The notes: a model not told the origin generated them from the letters alone. Positions 27,656-39,249 are shown, counted from the stretch's first letter. The stretch: DNA of 64,000 nt from Eledone cirrhosa (GCA_964016885.1 OZ024741.1:297476001-297540000); one strand, 5' to 3'. Numbers and translations: made by a program.

Positions 27656-28080
27656 TGTAAATGAGCAAGGAAAAGCCCACAAGTTTCCACGTCGGTTTGT
27701 TTACGAAAAACGAGTTCTATTTATCTACGGACAAGCTATTACGGAAACCACTTCTACACAGCGAACATGAAATGAATTACAACGGTATTACGAATTACGA
27801 AATATAAAGTGAAAATATTTAGGTAAATTTACTCGAAGTCGTTTCATTATATGAAAAATAAGCCTAATATGTTTTCAACTGTGTTCCCTGGTTAAAATTG
27901 GAATATCTATCGCGAAGGAGCGTATTAGCATACGGACGGGACTCAAGGTTCTCATATATTTCGGTGACCGTCTGGCAATTCAATCATAAATAAATAAACT
28001 GACGTATCTTTACACTGCGCGGTTGCCAAGCTTCATCTAACGCAGCCAAATGAGTAACACGGCCCCAAGCATCATGGTTT
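27656..28080 (-). promoter_or_regulatory. Candidate non-coding first exon and promoter of the minus-strand gene
   Basis: Unique sequence, locally rich in CpG relative to the CpG-poor flanks, with a minus-strand donor ACA|GTAAGT at 27656/27655 oriented toward the 21648 acceptor. Confidence 0.4.
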
Positions 28081-28119
28081 TACAATGTTTTACATTAATG
28101 ATTAAAAAATGCAGAAACT

Positions 28120-28211
28120 GGCGAATTAGCATAGTCGGTAGAGCATCAGACTTTTATACCATATCCTCTAAAGGTGTCTGAGGGGCGCGGGTTCAAGTCC
28201 TTCTGCGGGTA
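28120..28211 (+). tRNA. tRNA-Lys(UUU)-like gene or pseudogene with a 19-nt insertion at the canonical 37/38 intron site
   Basis: AGTCGGTAGAGCATCAGACTTTTA[taccatatcctctaaaggt]GTCTGAGGGG...GGGTTCAAGTCC matches eukaryotic tRNA-Lys(UUU). T-runs follow at 28216-28226. The acceptor and T stems pair poorly. Confidence 0.65.
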
Positions 28212-29994
28212 AAAGTTTTATTTTTTAATATATTGATATGTGATCTAGTGTTACGATGTTAACCAGCTTAAAACTATGAAATGAAATGGAAGACATAATG
28301 GGCTATCTTTAATATGATAAAACAATTTCCAGCATTATGTTAGGAATACGCATCATTAAGGACCGAAATTGAAGAAATAGTTGAACATTTTAAACCGAAT
28401 TGAAGATAGCGAGTTTGGCTTTTACGTCAACCTTCCCTTCTGATTACTGAATGTTGAAGCTGGTGCATTACTGCACCAGCTCCTGCAATTCTTGCACTCA
28501 CTTCAGCCTCCTAGCTTTCATTACTCGTGAACACGGTCTCGATGTAGCGAAATCTGTCCACATGTTGACCCCTGAGTGACATTTAACGGTCATTTTCTGG
28601 GTTATCTCCTTTCGGGCGTCAATAGGTCTGAGATTGGACGACCTTAAAAGGTCAGCCCTTTGTTCTGAAGTCTCGGAGACAGCGGAAGCGACATAGATAA
28701 ATAGCCTGCTTTAGATCAGGCCAGACAACAGTTCGTAACATTTCTTGATAGAGTAAACATGTAAACTATTGCTTTCCACAGGCCCTTTGGGTCTCAGTGA
28801 CTCTTACTTTCTCTTACTCTCTCTCTCTCATTCAATCTCTATCTCTTGGTCTCTTTCTCAATCCAGCCAGTGAAGTTCATGACGTCTCCTTGGTAAATAT
28901 GACTTTAACTCTACTTTTACAAACAAATAAATAACGTCCATAATTCCTGTGTATTTTTCGTATAGCTTCGACGTAAGCTATTTTCAATAAATTAATAATA
29001 TAGCGGTTTGGTGTCATCGTGGTTCATTTATATATATTTATTTTCTGCGTGATCAAGGAACTATTATATCATCATCATCTTAATGAACACTTACTCACTT
29101 CCCTGCACACATGCAACCCCTGGGGTCACTCTATCACACAACAGAGACCACACCACACAACAAGCTACAAGTGAGCACACACGCAACAAACCAATCAACA
29201 CCACAACACAATCAACTACCAACTCGACCCATAAATCATCGCTATACCGAGATACTTGAACTTCTCTACCTGCTTCAGTGGAACTCCATTTACATGTAGA
29301 GTGTACTGTGCAGGCTTCCTTGAGAGGACGAGTGTCAGTTTTTGCAGTACTGATTTTCATTCCAGCCATGCAGCACTCGGCATGAAACCTTCGCGTGGGT
29401 TAACAAGATATGCGTTCAGGCCTTAGTAGAAGGGCCTGTTCGAAAAAATATATTGTAAAAACTGGCGATGGGCCTGCGACCTGTCCTGGGAGGCGTAGGA
29501 TAGACCCACAAAGATTGCGTATCCCGACACCATAAAAAGGGTCCGGAAGGGAGTGAACGATAACAGTTGGAACTTGGATCATCACAACCCTGACAGGTAA
29601 GGAGCAGGAACTAGTGGAGGGAGCAAGATGTTAAAAAGCCTTAAATAGAGAAGGTATTCACTGGCTGGCACGTACGTGCCTGGAAAGGCACGTAAGCAAT
29701 GGCAAAAGAACAGAACTGATCGTCTTAATCAATTAACACTGTTCGTTCTGTTAGAACTAGCCCTATTTTCAGAGAGGGCTCTGATTATTATTATCATAAG
29801 GAAAAAGGTATTTTCACTTGTTGCTTAACATTTCGTACGTTCATTGAGTAAGCATGGTGTACTATAATACTGTACGCATACATAGATCCAAGGGCGGTGG
29901 AACTGGGGGTGGGGGTGGCATGCCACTCCCATAATTATATTTTTCTCCCCGGAATACCAAAACACATCTATTTGTATATGCGCTACAATTTGTT

Positions 29995-30133
29995 ATGTAG
30001 AAATAGATTGGAGAGATAAATATAGATATAGAGAAGGGTAGAGTTTGGTGTTAATTGATATAGAGAGGGGGATTGGGAGAGTGCGTTGTATATTAAATAT
30101 AGAGAGGGGGAGAGATTGATGTTTATTGATATA
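29995..30133. repeat. Purine-rich degenerate minisatellite (left part, split by the Tx1 insertion)
   Basis: GATATAGAGAGGGGGA(G/T)... units are the same as those in 35566-36300. Confidence 0.7.
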
Positions 30134-30374
30134 AATTTCTATTTATTTGCCACCAGGGCATCAAAGATTGGGACAAATACAAAGGGGGGAGTTTACATAC
30201 ATTTAAAAAGACGTGTAAAAAACATATAACAAATTAAATTTAACAATCGATGTCCTCAATAGGGAGGGGCGTTGACATGGGTCGCACGCACCCCTGAAAA
30301 AATGTGCAACCCTCCTCTTCAGGAGCACAAAGAGCGGGTGCTTCCTTCCTCTTCTCATTCTTCTCCTCTCTCAC

Positions 30375-33300
30375 CTACAGGCTGATATAGAGAGAAGGCC
30401 CATTCATTCGGGCCATTCTCGCTACTTTCACCCACCTTTCATAAAACTTGCTGGGGTAGAGCACTTCTCTCTCCATTCTGATCCTTCTTCTAAAGTGGTA
30501 CTTGAAAAAAAAGACCAGTTGTTGGCCGGAGAGAAAGGTGTCTGACCTCAGCCCTTTCAACCTTGTCCACAATACAACTTCTTTCGCCATAACTATCACA
30601 CAGAGGAAAACCGCCTCTCCTTCGTTTTTGAAAGGGGGAGGCGGTTTGATCGTGACAATGTTTTCAGTGGTCAACCGGATTGGTCCCACCCGCGACAGTA
30701 GTCGTTCCACATAGCCCCACAGGTCAGCAACGCCCGGGCAGTGTACGAATGCGTGTGCAACGGTTTCCTCGTCACGCACGCATCTCGGACAGATCTTCTT
30801 CGAGGGGTCCCTACCCAGGCGCCCGTGTCTGTAGAGCTTGTCCCGAACGGGTAGAGCTCCTCGGTAACATTGCCAAGCCAGGGACTTTTGGAAGTTGTCC
30901 ATCGGTCCCGGGCCAAACGTCCTACCGAACAGACTGGCCAGCTCATCTTCCTCCATGCCCAGAGCCTCTCCGAGAGCGTCGTCGCACTTACTGCACACCA
31001 ACCCTCTATAGAATGTTGAGGTTGAGTCTCCACTGATTGCCGGATCCGCTTGCCAGAGGGCCGTGAGCGCCTGGGCACATTCAATGTGCCAGTCGCCCAC
31101 TTTTCTCGGTCTTTGCTTGACCCAGGATTGCAGCTCGGTGAGTGAGACGAGTCTCGGAAAGGCTCGCCTCACAAACAGGGCCCACACCGGCTGAGCAGTG
31201 AGGAATACCTGGAGGTGCCGTAGCCTTAATGCGTGTCTACGCATCGTCAGCCACGACATCCCCAGCCCTCCGTTCGAAGGGTGTTGACAGCAGATGGATC
31301 TTCTCACCAAAGGAGCCCGCTTCTTCCAAAGAAATCGAAGAGCGCGCGCTCCATTTTGGCGAGTGTTTTCTCTGGGCAAGGCACGATGGTCAAGCGGTAG
31401 TAGATGACGGACGTTATATAAGCGTTCGCCACCTCCGCTCGACCTTTCAGGGATAGTTTGCACTCGGCCCACTTCTGGGCGAGTGCAAAGACCTTGCCCA
31501 TTACCTCGTCCCAGTTTTTCTCCACCTGGAGGTCCGGTCCGAACCAGACCCCGAGCAGCTTCACCGGTCCCTCCGTCCAGCGTCCGACAATGCCGTCGGA
31601 GGGCATCGGTTTGCCCCTCCACGTCCCGAGTTGCAAACCGACGGACTTGTCCCGGTTCAGCTTGGCTCCTGTGAACCTTTCATATTCCTCCAGTAAGGTA
31701 CCGATCTGCCCGATTTCCGAGGCGCACGACACCATTACTGCCACGTCATCGGCGTAGGCCGACACCGCTTTCCGCAATCCCGGTTCCAAGGGGATGCCCT
31801 GCAACAGCTCCAGCTTCCGCAGTAGTGGCTCGAGAGCCAGCACATACAGGAGGGAGGAGAGAGGGCATCCCTGTCGGATGGATCGCGTGATTTGGAACGG
31901 CTCCGAGAGGTAGCCGTTCACCTTGACCCTCGAGCAGGTGTTGCTACTGTGCATTGCAGCAATCCAGCCCCTGAAAACGGGTCCGAAGCCTGCCGCCGCG
32001 AGCACCGCATCCAGGTACCGATGGTCAACCCTATCGAACGCCTTAGATTGATCCAAGTTGATCAGGGCCCCACCAAAGCCGGGTTCGTTCCCTACCTTCT
32101 CTATGATGTATCGCACGAGGTGGAGGTTGTCGTGTATGGACCTGGACGGGATTGCGCATGTCTGCGCTTCTCCCACCAGGTTCCCAACAAGCGCCAACCT
32201 CTTCGCTAACACCTTGGCCAAAATCTTTAACTCTGTGTTTAGCAGAGTTATGGGCCTGAAGTTATCTATGTCTTCCCCCTTGTTCTCATCCTTCCGCACC
32301 AGCGTGACTACGCCCTTGGTCACAGAATTGGGAATTCTCCCGTTCTGTTGCCAGTTGCAGTAGACCGCCTCGAGGAGACCAGAGAACAAGCCCGGCATCG
32401 CTACATAAAGTTCGTATGGTAGACCATCGAGACCCGGAGATTTGCATTTGCCGCATTGGCTCAGCGCTTCCCCTATTTCAGCGGCTGAAATCGGCCTCTC
32501 GCAGGACTTCGCCTCCCCGTCCGAGAGCCGCACCAGACCGTCGAGGTATGGACCGAAATCTATGGCCCCACCCGGCCCGCCGCCCCTCCCGAACAGTCGT
32601 GCAAAGCGCCGTTGAAAGGCCGCGTTCATCCGCTCAGGTTCAAGGATCACGCGTCCATCCTGGTCCTTCAAAGACCGAATCGTGGACTTGTTTCCACTTT
32701 TTGCCCCTGTCACTCGGGCCCAGCTAACAGCTTTGGCTCCTTCGTTACCCAGAGCACGTATTTTACTCCTGACAACGCAGCCCTCGTGCTTCGCATCAAA
32801 GAACTGGTCTAGGGCGGTTCTTGACGCCATCACGCCGGCCACGTTGCCACTCCTAATCGCCTCTTCTACTCTATTTGTTAATTCCCTTTCAGTTCTATTC
32901 CTATCTGATGCTAATTCCCGACTAAAACCTATCGATTCTATTCTAATTTCTCTCTTGAGAGAGCCCCACCACCTGCTGTTGACAATTGCCCGCGTCAAAC
33001 GCTGCTTAACTAGTGTGCTAATCCGCTTACTGTAAGCTTTGTTTGTCGGTAAAGACAAGTTTAGCTTCCAGTAACCGGGTCCCTGTCTATGAATTCTATC
33101 AAGGTTGACCACTCCGGTCACCAACTTGTGATCCGAATAGTCAACCATGAACATTCGTGGACAGCTTAATATGTCCCTATCCTTATTTCTAACTAGGAAC
33201 CTATCTAGGTACGACCGAGATGTTCCGCTGAGATTAGTCCACGTCCACAGTGGCACAGTCGGAAAATCTAGTCGATATCTATCGGCCAGATCAAATCGGC

Positions 33301-33805
33301 CGATTAATCGTTTGAGGCTGTTACACCCCCTCTATCGGGACATGCCCTACATAGTCCCAACGTGCATCCAGGATACCATTCCAGTCTCCCACTAAAAGCA
33401 AGGAGCGAGACGTTCCCAGGAAATTCTCCAGGCGTCGGAAGAAATCCGGTCGCGGTGTCCCAGATGGGGCATACGCTGCCACCAGCCTGAAAGCTCCACC
33501 TTCACCACTGCCGACGTCTAAAACCACCAGTCGACCCTCCGGGTCCAGGTGTACCTTCTGTGTGGCAAGACCCAGGTATTTTCGCAGCAGAACGACAACC
33601 CCACTCCACCCCTCGGCTGACAGAGAGATGCGTAGATTTCAAAGTCGTCGAAGATGGGGGCCAGTTGGCGCTCGCTGCTGATCCTGGACTCGCAAATAAC
33701 CATTACATCCACTCTGTGCGACCTGAGGTCATTTAAGAGTTTGCCCTGTTTCCAGGACATCCCCAAGCCGCGTGCATTCACACATCCAACTCTTATATTG
33801 GCCAT
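30375..33805 (-). pseudogene. Tx1 ORF2: AP endonuclease, reverse transcriptase and C-terminal zinc finger, with about 3 frameshifts
   Basis: MANIRVGCVNARG, LVGDWN, YLDRFLV...SDH, GPGYWKLN, KSPGLDGLP, NFRPITLLN, LDQSKAFDRVDH, IRQGCPLS, AYADD and CPRC...ETVAHAFVHC. Confidence 0.92.
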
Positions 33806-33812
33806 GTTGGTG

Positions 33813-33850
33813 CTGAAGAGTTAAAAGGAAGAGGAAAGGAAATTACTTAC
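33813..33850 (-). other. Putative 38-nt GT-AG mini-intron at the Tx1 ORF1/ORF2 junction
   Basis: AG|GTAAGTAATTTCCTTTCCTCTTCCTTTTAACTCTTCAG|CACCAACATG; removal joins ORF1 to ORF2 in frame. Confidence 0.55.
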
Positions 33851-35358
33851 CTCTTCGTCTCCTGGGGACCAGGCTGCACAATTTCCATGGGGGTGTTGGA
33901 AGGGTTGTTTGGTGGGGTGGTGGTTTGTGGTGGGGTGAGGACATCAGTGTGTGGTGGGATTAGGGTGTTTGGTGGGATGTGGGTGTCTGGTGTGGGGGTG
34001 GGGAAACATCTCAATAGGACGTGGTTAAGTGGTTTGGTGCAGTTGGTCCCCACATGCATTGGATGGTTCTTTTTCAAAGTTACATAGGTTTCCGTTGGGA
34101 CCCTAATCATCATTAGGTGCGGTTTGTTCGCTGCGTAGGTGAAAGTGATGCCTTCGGTGGAAACCGAAGGGTTATTTTCTATTGCTTTCATCAACGTTTT
34201 ATTGTTCTTGTTCATGTATGTATAGAGTTTTTGTTGTGTTGTGTTTGTTTTTGTTTGTTGTTCTTGTGCGTGTTTGCGTTTTGTAGTATGTGTTATGTTT
34301 TGGGGAGGGGTGGGTTTTTTTGTTTGTGATGTTTGTTCTGTTTGTGCTGGTGGTTGTGTGTTTGTAGCATTTTTGTTAATGTGGTGCCTTTTTTTTTCCT
34401 TTTCACCTGTTGAAAGGGTTCTCCCTCGTCGTCACTGGGTGACGTTGATACGGAGTCCTCTTCCGTGTTGTTGGGGAGGGGTATATTTTGGGGTTTTGTT
34501 GTGGTTGCTTTTGTATTTGTTTTAGGTGGGGAGGGGTTGTGTGGAACAGTGTTTTGTGTTGTTATTTTTACGTGTTGTTGTTGTTATTGTTGTTGTGTTC
34601 GGGGTTGGTAGAAGAGCCTTTTTTTTTGACTCGTTAATTGAGGACAGGCAGCCCTCAGGTGACCCCTGCTTAAGCAGTGGTAACATGACGGCCGCCTTCC
34701 CTCCACTGAAACGTTTATATAAGTTAGCTCGTCCAGAGGCACGCGTTGTGGGATATTCGCTATTCGTTCTGGGCTCATTTGCACCAGAACTTCTACGCTA
34801 GTCCCACCAAATACACCTCCGGAGGACTTTCCTATTGAAATTATCTTGTCTTCATCAAAGTCAATGATTCCACATAGTATCCACCAAATATTTACATTTG
34901 GTGTGATACTCAGCCTCTCTACGTAATTCCTGTGGAGAATTGATGCTAAAAGCACCGTTTTCGCCAAAAGTCACGAATTGTTTTGCGTCTTGTAATAGTT
35001 GTTTAGCATTTGTTATGTCTATTGGCGTGTATAGTTCGTTTTTTTTTACAGTTTGTGCGAATGTTGTTTTGGTGTTGTTGTCTTTTTTGTTGCTGCGGTT
35101 GTTGTCACTGTTGGTAATATTGTTCATGTTTTCCTTGGTGTTGCTATTGTTGCAGTTGTTGGTTGTGGTGTTATTGTCATTGTTCTTGTTGGTGCTGGTA
35201 TTATTTACCGGGTTTGGTTTCGTGGTTTCAATATTTTCAACGTTTTTCGATAATGCGAGAGGGGAAGGCTGCAAGCTTTGTACTCCTACCTTCCCTCCAC
35301 CACTTTTCTTAGTGGGCGTGGCACTCACAACAGTGTGCGAGGTGGAAATGGCATCCAT
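33847..35358 (-). pseudogene. Tx1 ORF1 (gag-like; Asn/Thr/Pro-rich low-complexity segments, single CCHC knuckle), frameshifted
   Basis: Segments 34861..35358, 34584..34967 (VSVEGRRPSCYHCLSRGHLRAACP) and 33847..34215. Confidence 0.8.
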
Positions 35359-35565
35359 TGCTGACTACCAAGTCTACACAGTTTTGAGATGAAAATGAAA
35401 ATTTCGCCCCAGAAAAGGGCGAAAATTAGTTGACTCAACGTCTGACGGCCCAGGCAAGGGGTTAAACTAAACAATGCTATTAAATTGAGCAATGAACTCA
35501 CAGTTTTTTTGACAATAATCCGTAAAAATCCGGAGCGAAGTAATTCACGTCTATATCAAGTGGTA

Positions 35566-36300
35566 ATTGATATAGAGAGGGAGATTGGAAGTGAGTTCCG
35601 TGTAGTAGAAATGGAGAAGGGAAGAGTTTGGTGTTAATTGGTATAGAGAAGGGGATTGAGAGAGAGAGTGTTGTATGGTTGATGTAGAGAGGGGGAGAGT
35701 TTGGTGGTAATGAATGGAGTGAGAGGATATATAGAGATAGGTATTGATAAATAAAGAGAGGGGGAGATTTTGGTTGTGATAGATAGAGTGAGAGGGAATG
35801 AGAGAGAGTGTGTTGTATGGTAGATATATAGAGGGGGTTGGGAGAGTGTGTTGTATATTAAATATAGAGAGGGGGAGAGGTTGATGTTTATTGATATATA
35901 TATAGAACGGGATTGGAAGAGAGTTCCGTGTAGTAGATATAGAGAGAGGGAGAGTTTGGTGAGAATTGATATATACAGGGGGATTAGAAGAGAGTGTTGT
36001 ATGGGTGAAGTAAAGAGGGGGAGTGTTTGATGGTAATGAATAGAGTGAGAAGATTGATATATATAGAGGGGGATTGGGAGAGACAGTATCGTAAAAGATA
36101 TAGAGGAGGGAGTTTGTGGTGGATTGAGAGAGAACGATTACGAGTGTTGTAGAGATGGCGAGGAGGGAGTTTGGAGATGATTGATATAAAGAGGGAGATT
36201 GGGAGAGTGTTTTGTATGTTAGATATAGAGAGGGGAAGAATTTGGTGGTTGTAGATGTAGGGAAAGGATAATGGGAGAGTGCCGTGTAGTAGACATAGAG
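35566..36300. repeat. Purine-rich degenerate minisatellite (units of roughly 30-40 bp)
   Basis: Alternating GATATAGAGAGGGGGATTGGGAGAGTG... and GATATAGAGAGGGGGAGAGTTTGGTG... units with strong strand purine bias. Confidence 0.75.
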
Positions 36301-36628
36301 GGGGTCCCAAATAATAGGAGGTGTGGGAATAAGAGTTGTAGAGAGGGGGGTATCTGTAATTGTTATTTTACGTTCGTAAATATGGGATTTTTTGTAATGT
36401 TCTTTTTTTTGTCGAATATAATGTTTTTTTAATGTAAAATAAAATAATTAGACCTGAGAGTACGTGAATCATTGACGGACGTAAGAATGAAAACTCAATA
36501 TCGAAGTAGAGTTTAAATATTCATTTATTGTGGGTAAGTGATGAGCCTTGTTACTCCGGCGTTTCACCTGCGTACTTACAGGGTGATCCTGTGAAACTTT
36601 AGAGTAACACAGCTCACCAATAGCCATA

Positions 36629-36671
<43 letters not shown>

Positions 36672-37127
36672 AAAAAAACCCCGACGGCTGAGCTCCGGCC
36701 GTTTCGACACGGCCGGAGCTCAGCTGTCAGGTTCCTGATTCTTTTCCCTATTACCCACTTTACTACCCTAAGTATCGAATACTCTGGTCCACCTGGTATC
36801 GTACCTTCTTTGTTATTATATATATATATATATATATATACAGGAAATTAATAAATTGAGTATAATACCAGTTTATTACCAAATGCGAAGAAGCTCGATA
36901 TATCAACCCCTTAGTAAAGGGTACAGTGCATGATTTTTTTTACCTTACACACACACACACAGACACACACACACATATATATATATACCAATGGTGAAGG
37001 GTAACCTGGAAAGTAGGGCATGCAGTCCAATCGCCATGGCGGAAAGTGGGGCTGTGCAGCCTTACCCCGCCCAATTCCCTCTAAATGATCCTCCCGGTCA
37101 AAGCCGAATGTAGTGTTATCTAGTGTG

Positions 37128-37202
37128 TGTTATCTTTTTATGTGTTATCTTTCTACGATTTAGTAAGCAGCCAAAATTCTGCTTGCTTCAACCGACGCAG
37201 TC

Positions 37203-37233
<31 letters not shown>

Positions 37234-38305
37234 CGTGTGCGTGTGTGTGCGTTATCTTTTTATGTGTCTACGATTTAGTAAGCAGCCAAAATTCTGCTTG
37301 CTTCAACCGACGCTGTCGTGTGTCTGTGTGTATGTGTGTTATCTTTTTATGTGTCTACGATTTAGCAAGCAGCCAAAATTCTGCTTGCTTCAACCGACGC
37401 TGTCGTATGTGTGTGTGTGTGTTATGTTTTTATGTGTCTACGATTTACTAAGCAACCAAAATTCTGCTTGCTTCAACCAACGCTGTCGTGTGTTTGTGTG
37501 TATGTGTGTGTGTGTTATCTTTTTGTGTCTACGATTTAGTAAGCAGCCTAAATTCTGCTTGCTTCAACCGACGCTGTTGTGTGTTTGTGTGTGTGTGTGT
37601 GTGTTATCTTTTTATGTGTCTACGATTTAGTAAGCAGCCAAAATTCTGCTTGCTTCAACCGACGCAGTCGTGTGTTTGTGTGTGTGTGTGCGTGTGCGTG
37701 TGTGTGCGTTATCTTTTTATGTGTCTACGATTTAGTAAGCAGCCAAAATTCTGCTTGCTTTAACCGACGCTGTCGTGTGTATGTGTGTTATCTTTTTATG
37801 TGTCTACGATTTAGCAAGCAGCCAAAATTCTGCTTGCTTCAACCGACGCTGTCGTATGTGTGTGTGTGTGTTATGTTTTTATGTGTCTATGATTTACTAA
37901 GCAACCAAAATTCTGCTTGCTTCAACCAACGCTGTCGTGCGTTTGTGTGTATGTGTGTGTGTGTTATCTTTTTGTGTCTACGATTTAGTAAGCAGCCTAA
38001 ATTCTGCTTGCTTCAACCGACGCTGTCGTGTGTTTGTGTGTGTGTGTTATCTTTTTATGTGTCTACGATTTAGCAAGCAGCCAAAATTCTGCTTGCTTCA
38101 ACCGACGCTGGCGTATGTTTGTGTGTGTGTTATCTTTTTATGTGTCTACGATTTAGTAAGCAGCCAAAATTCTGCTTGCTTCAACCGACGCTGTCGTGTG
38201 TTTGTGCGTATGTGCGTATGTGTGTGTGTGTGTATGTGTGTGTTATCTTTTTATGTGTCTACGATTTAGTAAGCAGCTAAAATTCTGCTTGCTTCAACCG
38301 ACGCA
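37128..38305. repeat. Composite array: 13 conserved cores of about 65 bp separated by variable (GT)n spacers, with a duplicated 5-unit block
   Basis: Core GTTATCTTTTTATGTGTCTACGATTTAGTAAGCAGCCAAAATTCTGCTTGCTTCAACCGACGC. Diagnostic variants of units 1-5 recur in units 6-10. Confidence 0.92.
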
Positions 38306-38316
38306 ATTGATCAACT

Positions 38317-38727
38317 TGTAGCAAGAGTTGCCTCCCACGTTATGACAATCACATCACCGCTCTCTAGACAGGAAGTAGCTGGAGTTACTTCCCGTTGAGG
38401 TGGCAGAACCTTCTTTGTCACTTCCATCCAGGGACCCTATAAAAGAGACAGCTGAAAGCTGACTCCCTCTCTTTTAACCTGCCTGGCCCTTCGGCCAGGC
38501 GCGTTCGCCGAGGCTATACTCTCTGGCAACCTGAACATGGTAATGTAAAGACCACTTGGTCTCTTGCGAGATGACTTCAAAACGGTAATACAACTAACTT
38601 TAATTCATCCTTTCATCTATCTTGGCATGTCAACTATTCTGCTCTACATAGCACAACCCTGTTAAATAAATATTGTACATACAACCGAGTGTCTTGTTAT
38701 ATTCATACCGCCAGTCACCCTGTTATA
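38317..38727 (+). mobile_element. Solo LTR (411 bp)
   Basis: Starts TGTAGCAAG and ends CCTGTTATA (imperfect inverted termini), flanked by a 4-bp AACT duplication. TATAAAA is near 38438 and AATAAA near 38666. Confidence 0.75.
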
Positions 38728-38769
38728 AACTCAAGATTCTATAACGCATGCACGCACCCTTCGCCCCTG

Positions 38770-38832
<63 letters not shown>

Positions 38833-38835
<3 letters not shown>

Positions 38836-39071
38836 GGGCGGTGTAACTGTGATGGGGCAACGGGGCCATGCTGTCCCCCCAATTATTAGATTATTATCCC
38901 CGAACTACCAAAACACACATCTATTTGGATATGTGCTACAATTTATGTTATGTTTATCGTATATCGAAGTTTTCTGACCATTTTAGAGAACAAACAGCAA
39001 AACTAATTACTACAACTAAATTGACCAAATTTGCCATCTCCCCAATTCAGAAATGCTTCCACCGCTCCTTG
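38833..39071. mobile_element. Non-autonomous DNA transposon (MITE)
   Basis: CAGGGGCGGTG...CCACCGCTCCTTG termini; related copies at 55660-55820 and, truncated, at 29888-29997. Confidence 0.6.
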
Positions 39072-39249
39072 ATAGTTGATTGCTTTTATTTATTTATTCA
39101 CCCACCGCCGGTTATAGAACTAAACAAGTAGTTCCAGCTTTATCCAATTGTGGTCTTGAGTTTCGCTTTTAGGGTTTCATTTTTACTTCGCTTTTAACTT
39201 CATATATTTTTTCATTTGTATTTTTTGTTGTGATGTCCTAAATCGTCTT

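Larger units (their letters stand above)
30134..35565 (-). mobile_element. Near full-length Tx1-clade (L1 superfamily) LINE with ORF1 and ORF2
   Basis: 5' UTR, ORF1 with a CCHC knuckle, ORF2 with APE-RT-zinc finger and a 3' UTR ending in AATAAA-like sequence. A possible ATTGATATA target duplication lies at 30125-30133 and 35566-35574. Confidence 0.93.

Noticed and set aside
28730-28960. Possible second solo LTR
   Set aside because: No clear TG...CA termini or target duplication.
34241-35392. Hydrophobic plus-strand ORFs resembling membrane proteins
   Set aside because: Antisense shadows of the low-complexity (AAC-rich) Tx1 ORF1.
37127-38269. Cys/Val-rich ORFs
   Set aside because: Translations of (GT)n-containing repeats that are open in several frames.
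37128-38305. CRISPR-like repeat/spacer appearance
   Set aside because: The spacers are (GT)n microsatellites that recur, the repeats are too long, there are no cas genes and the context is eukaryotic.
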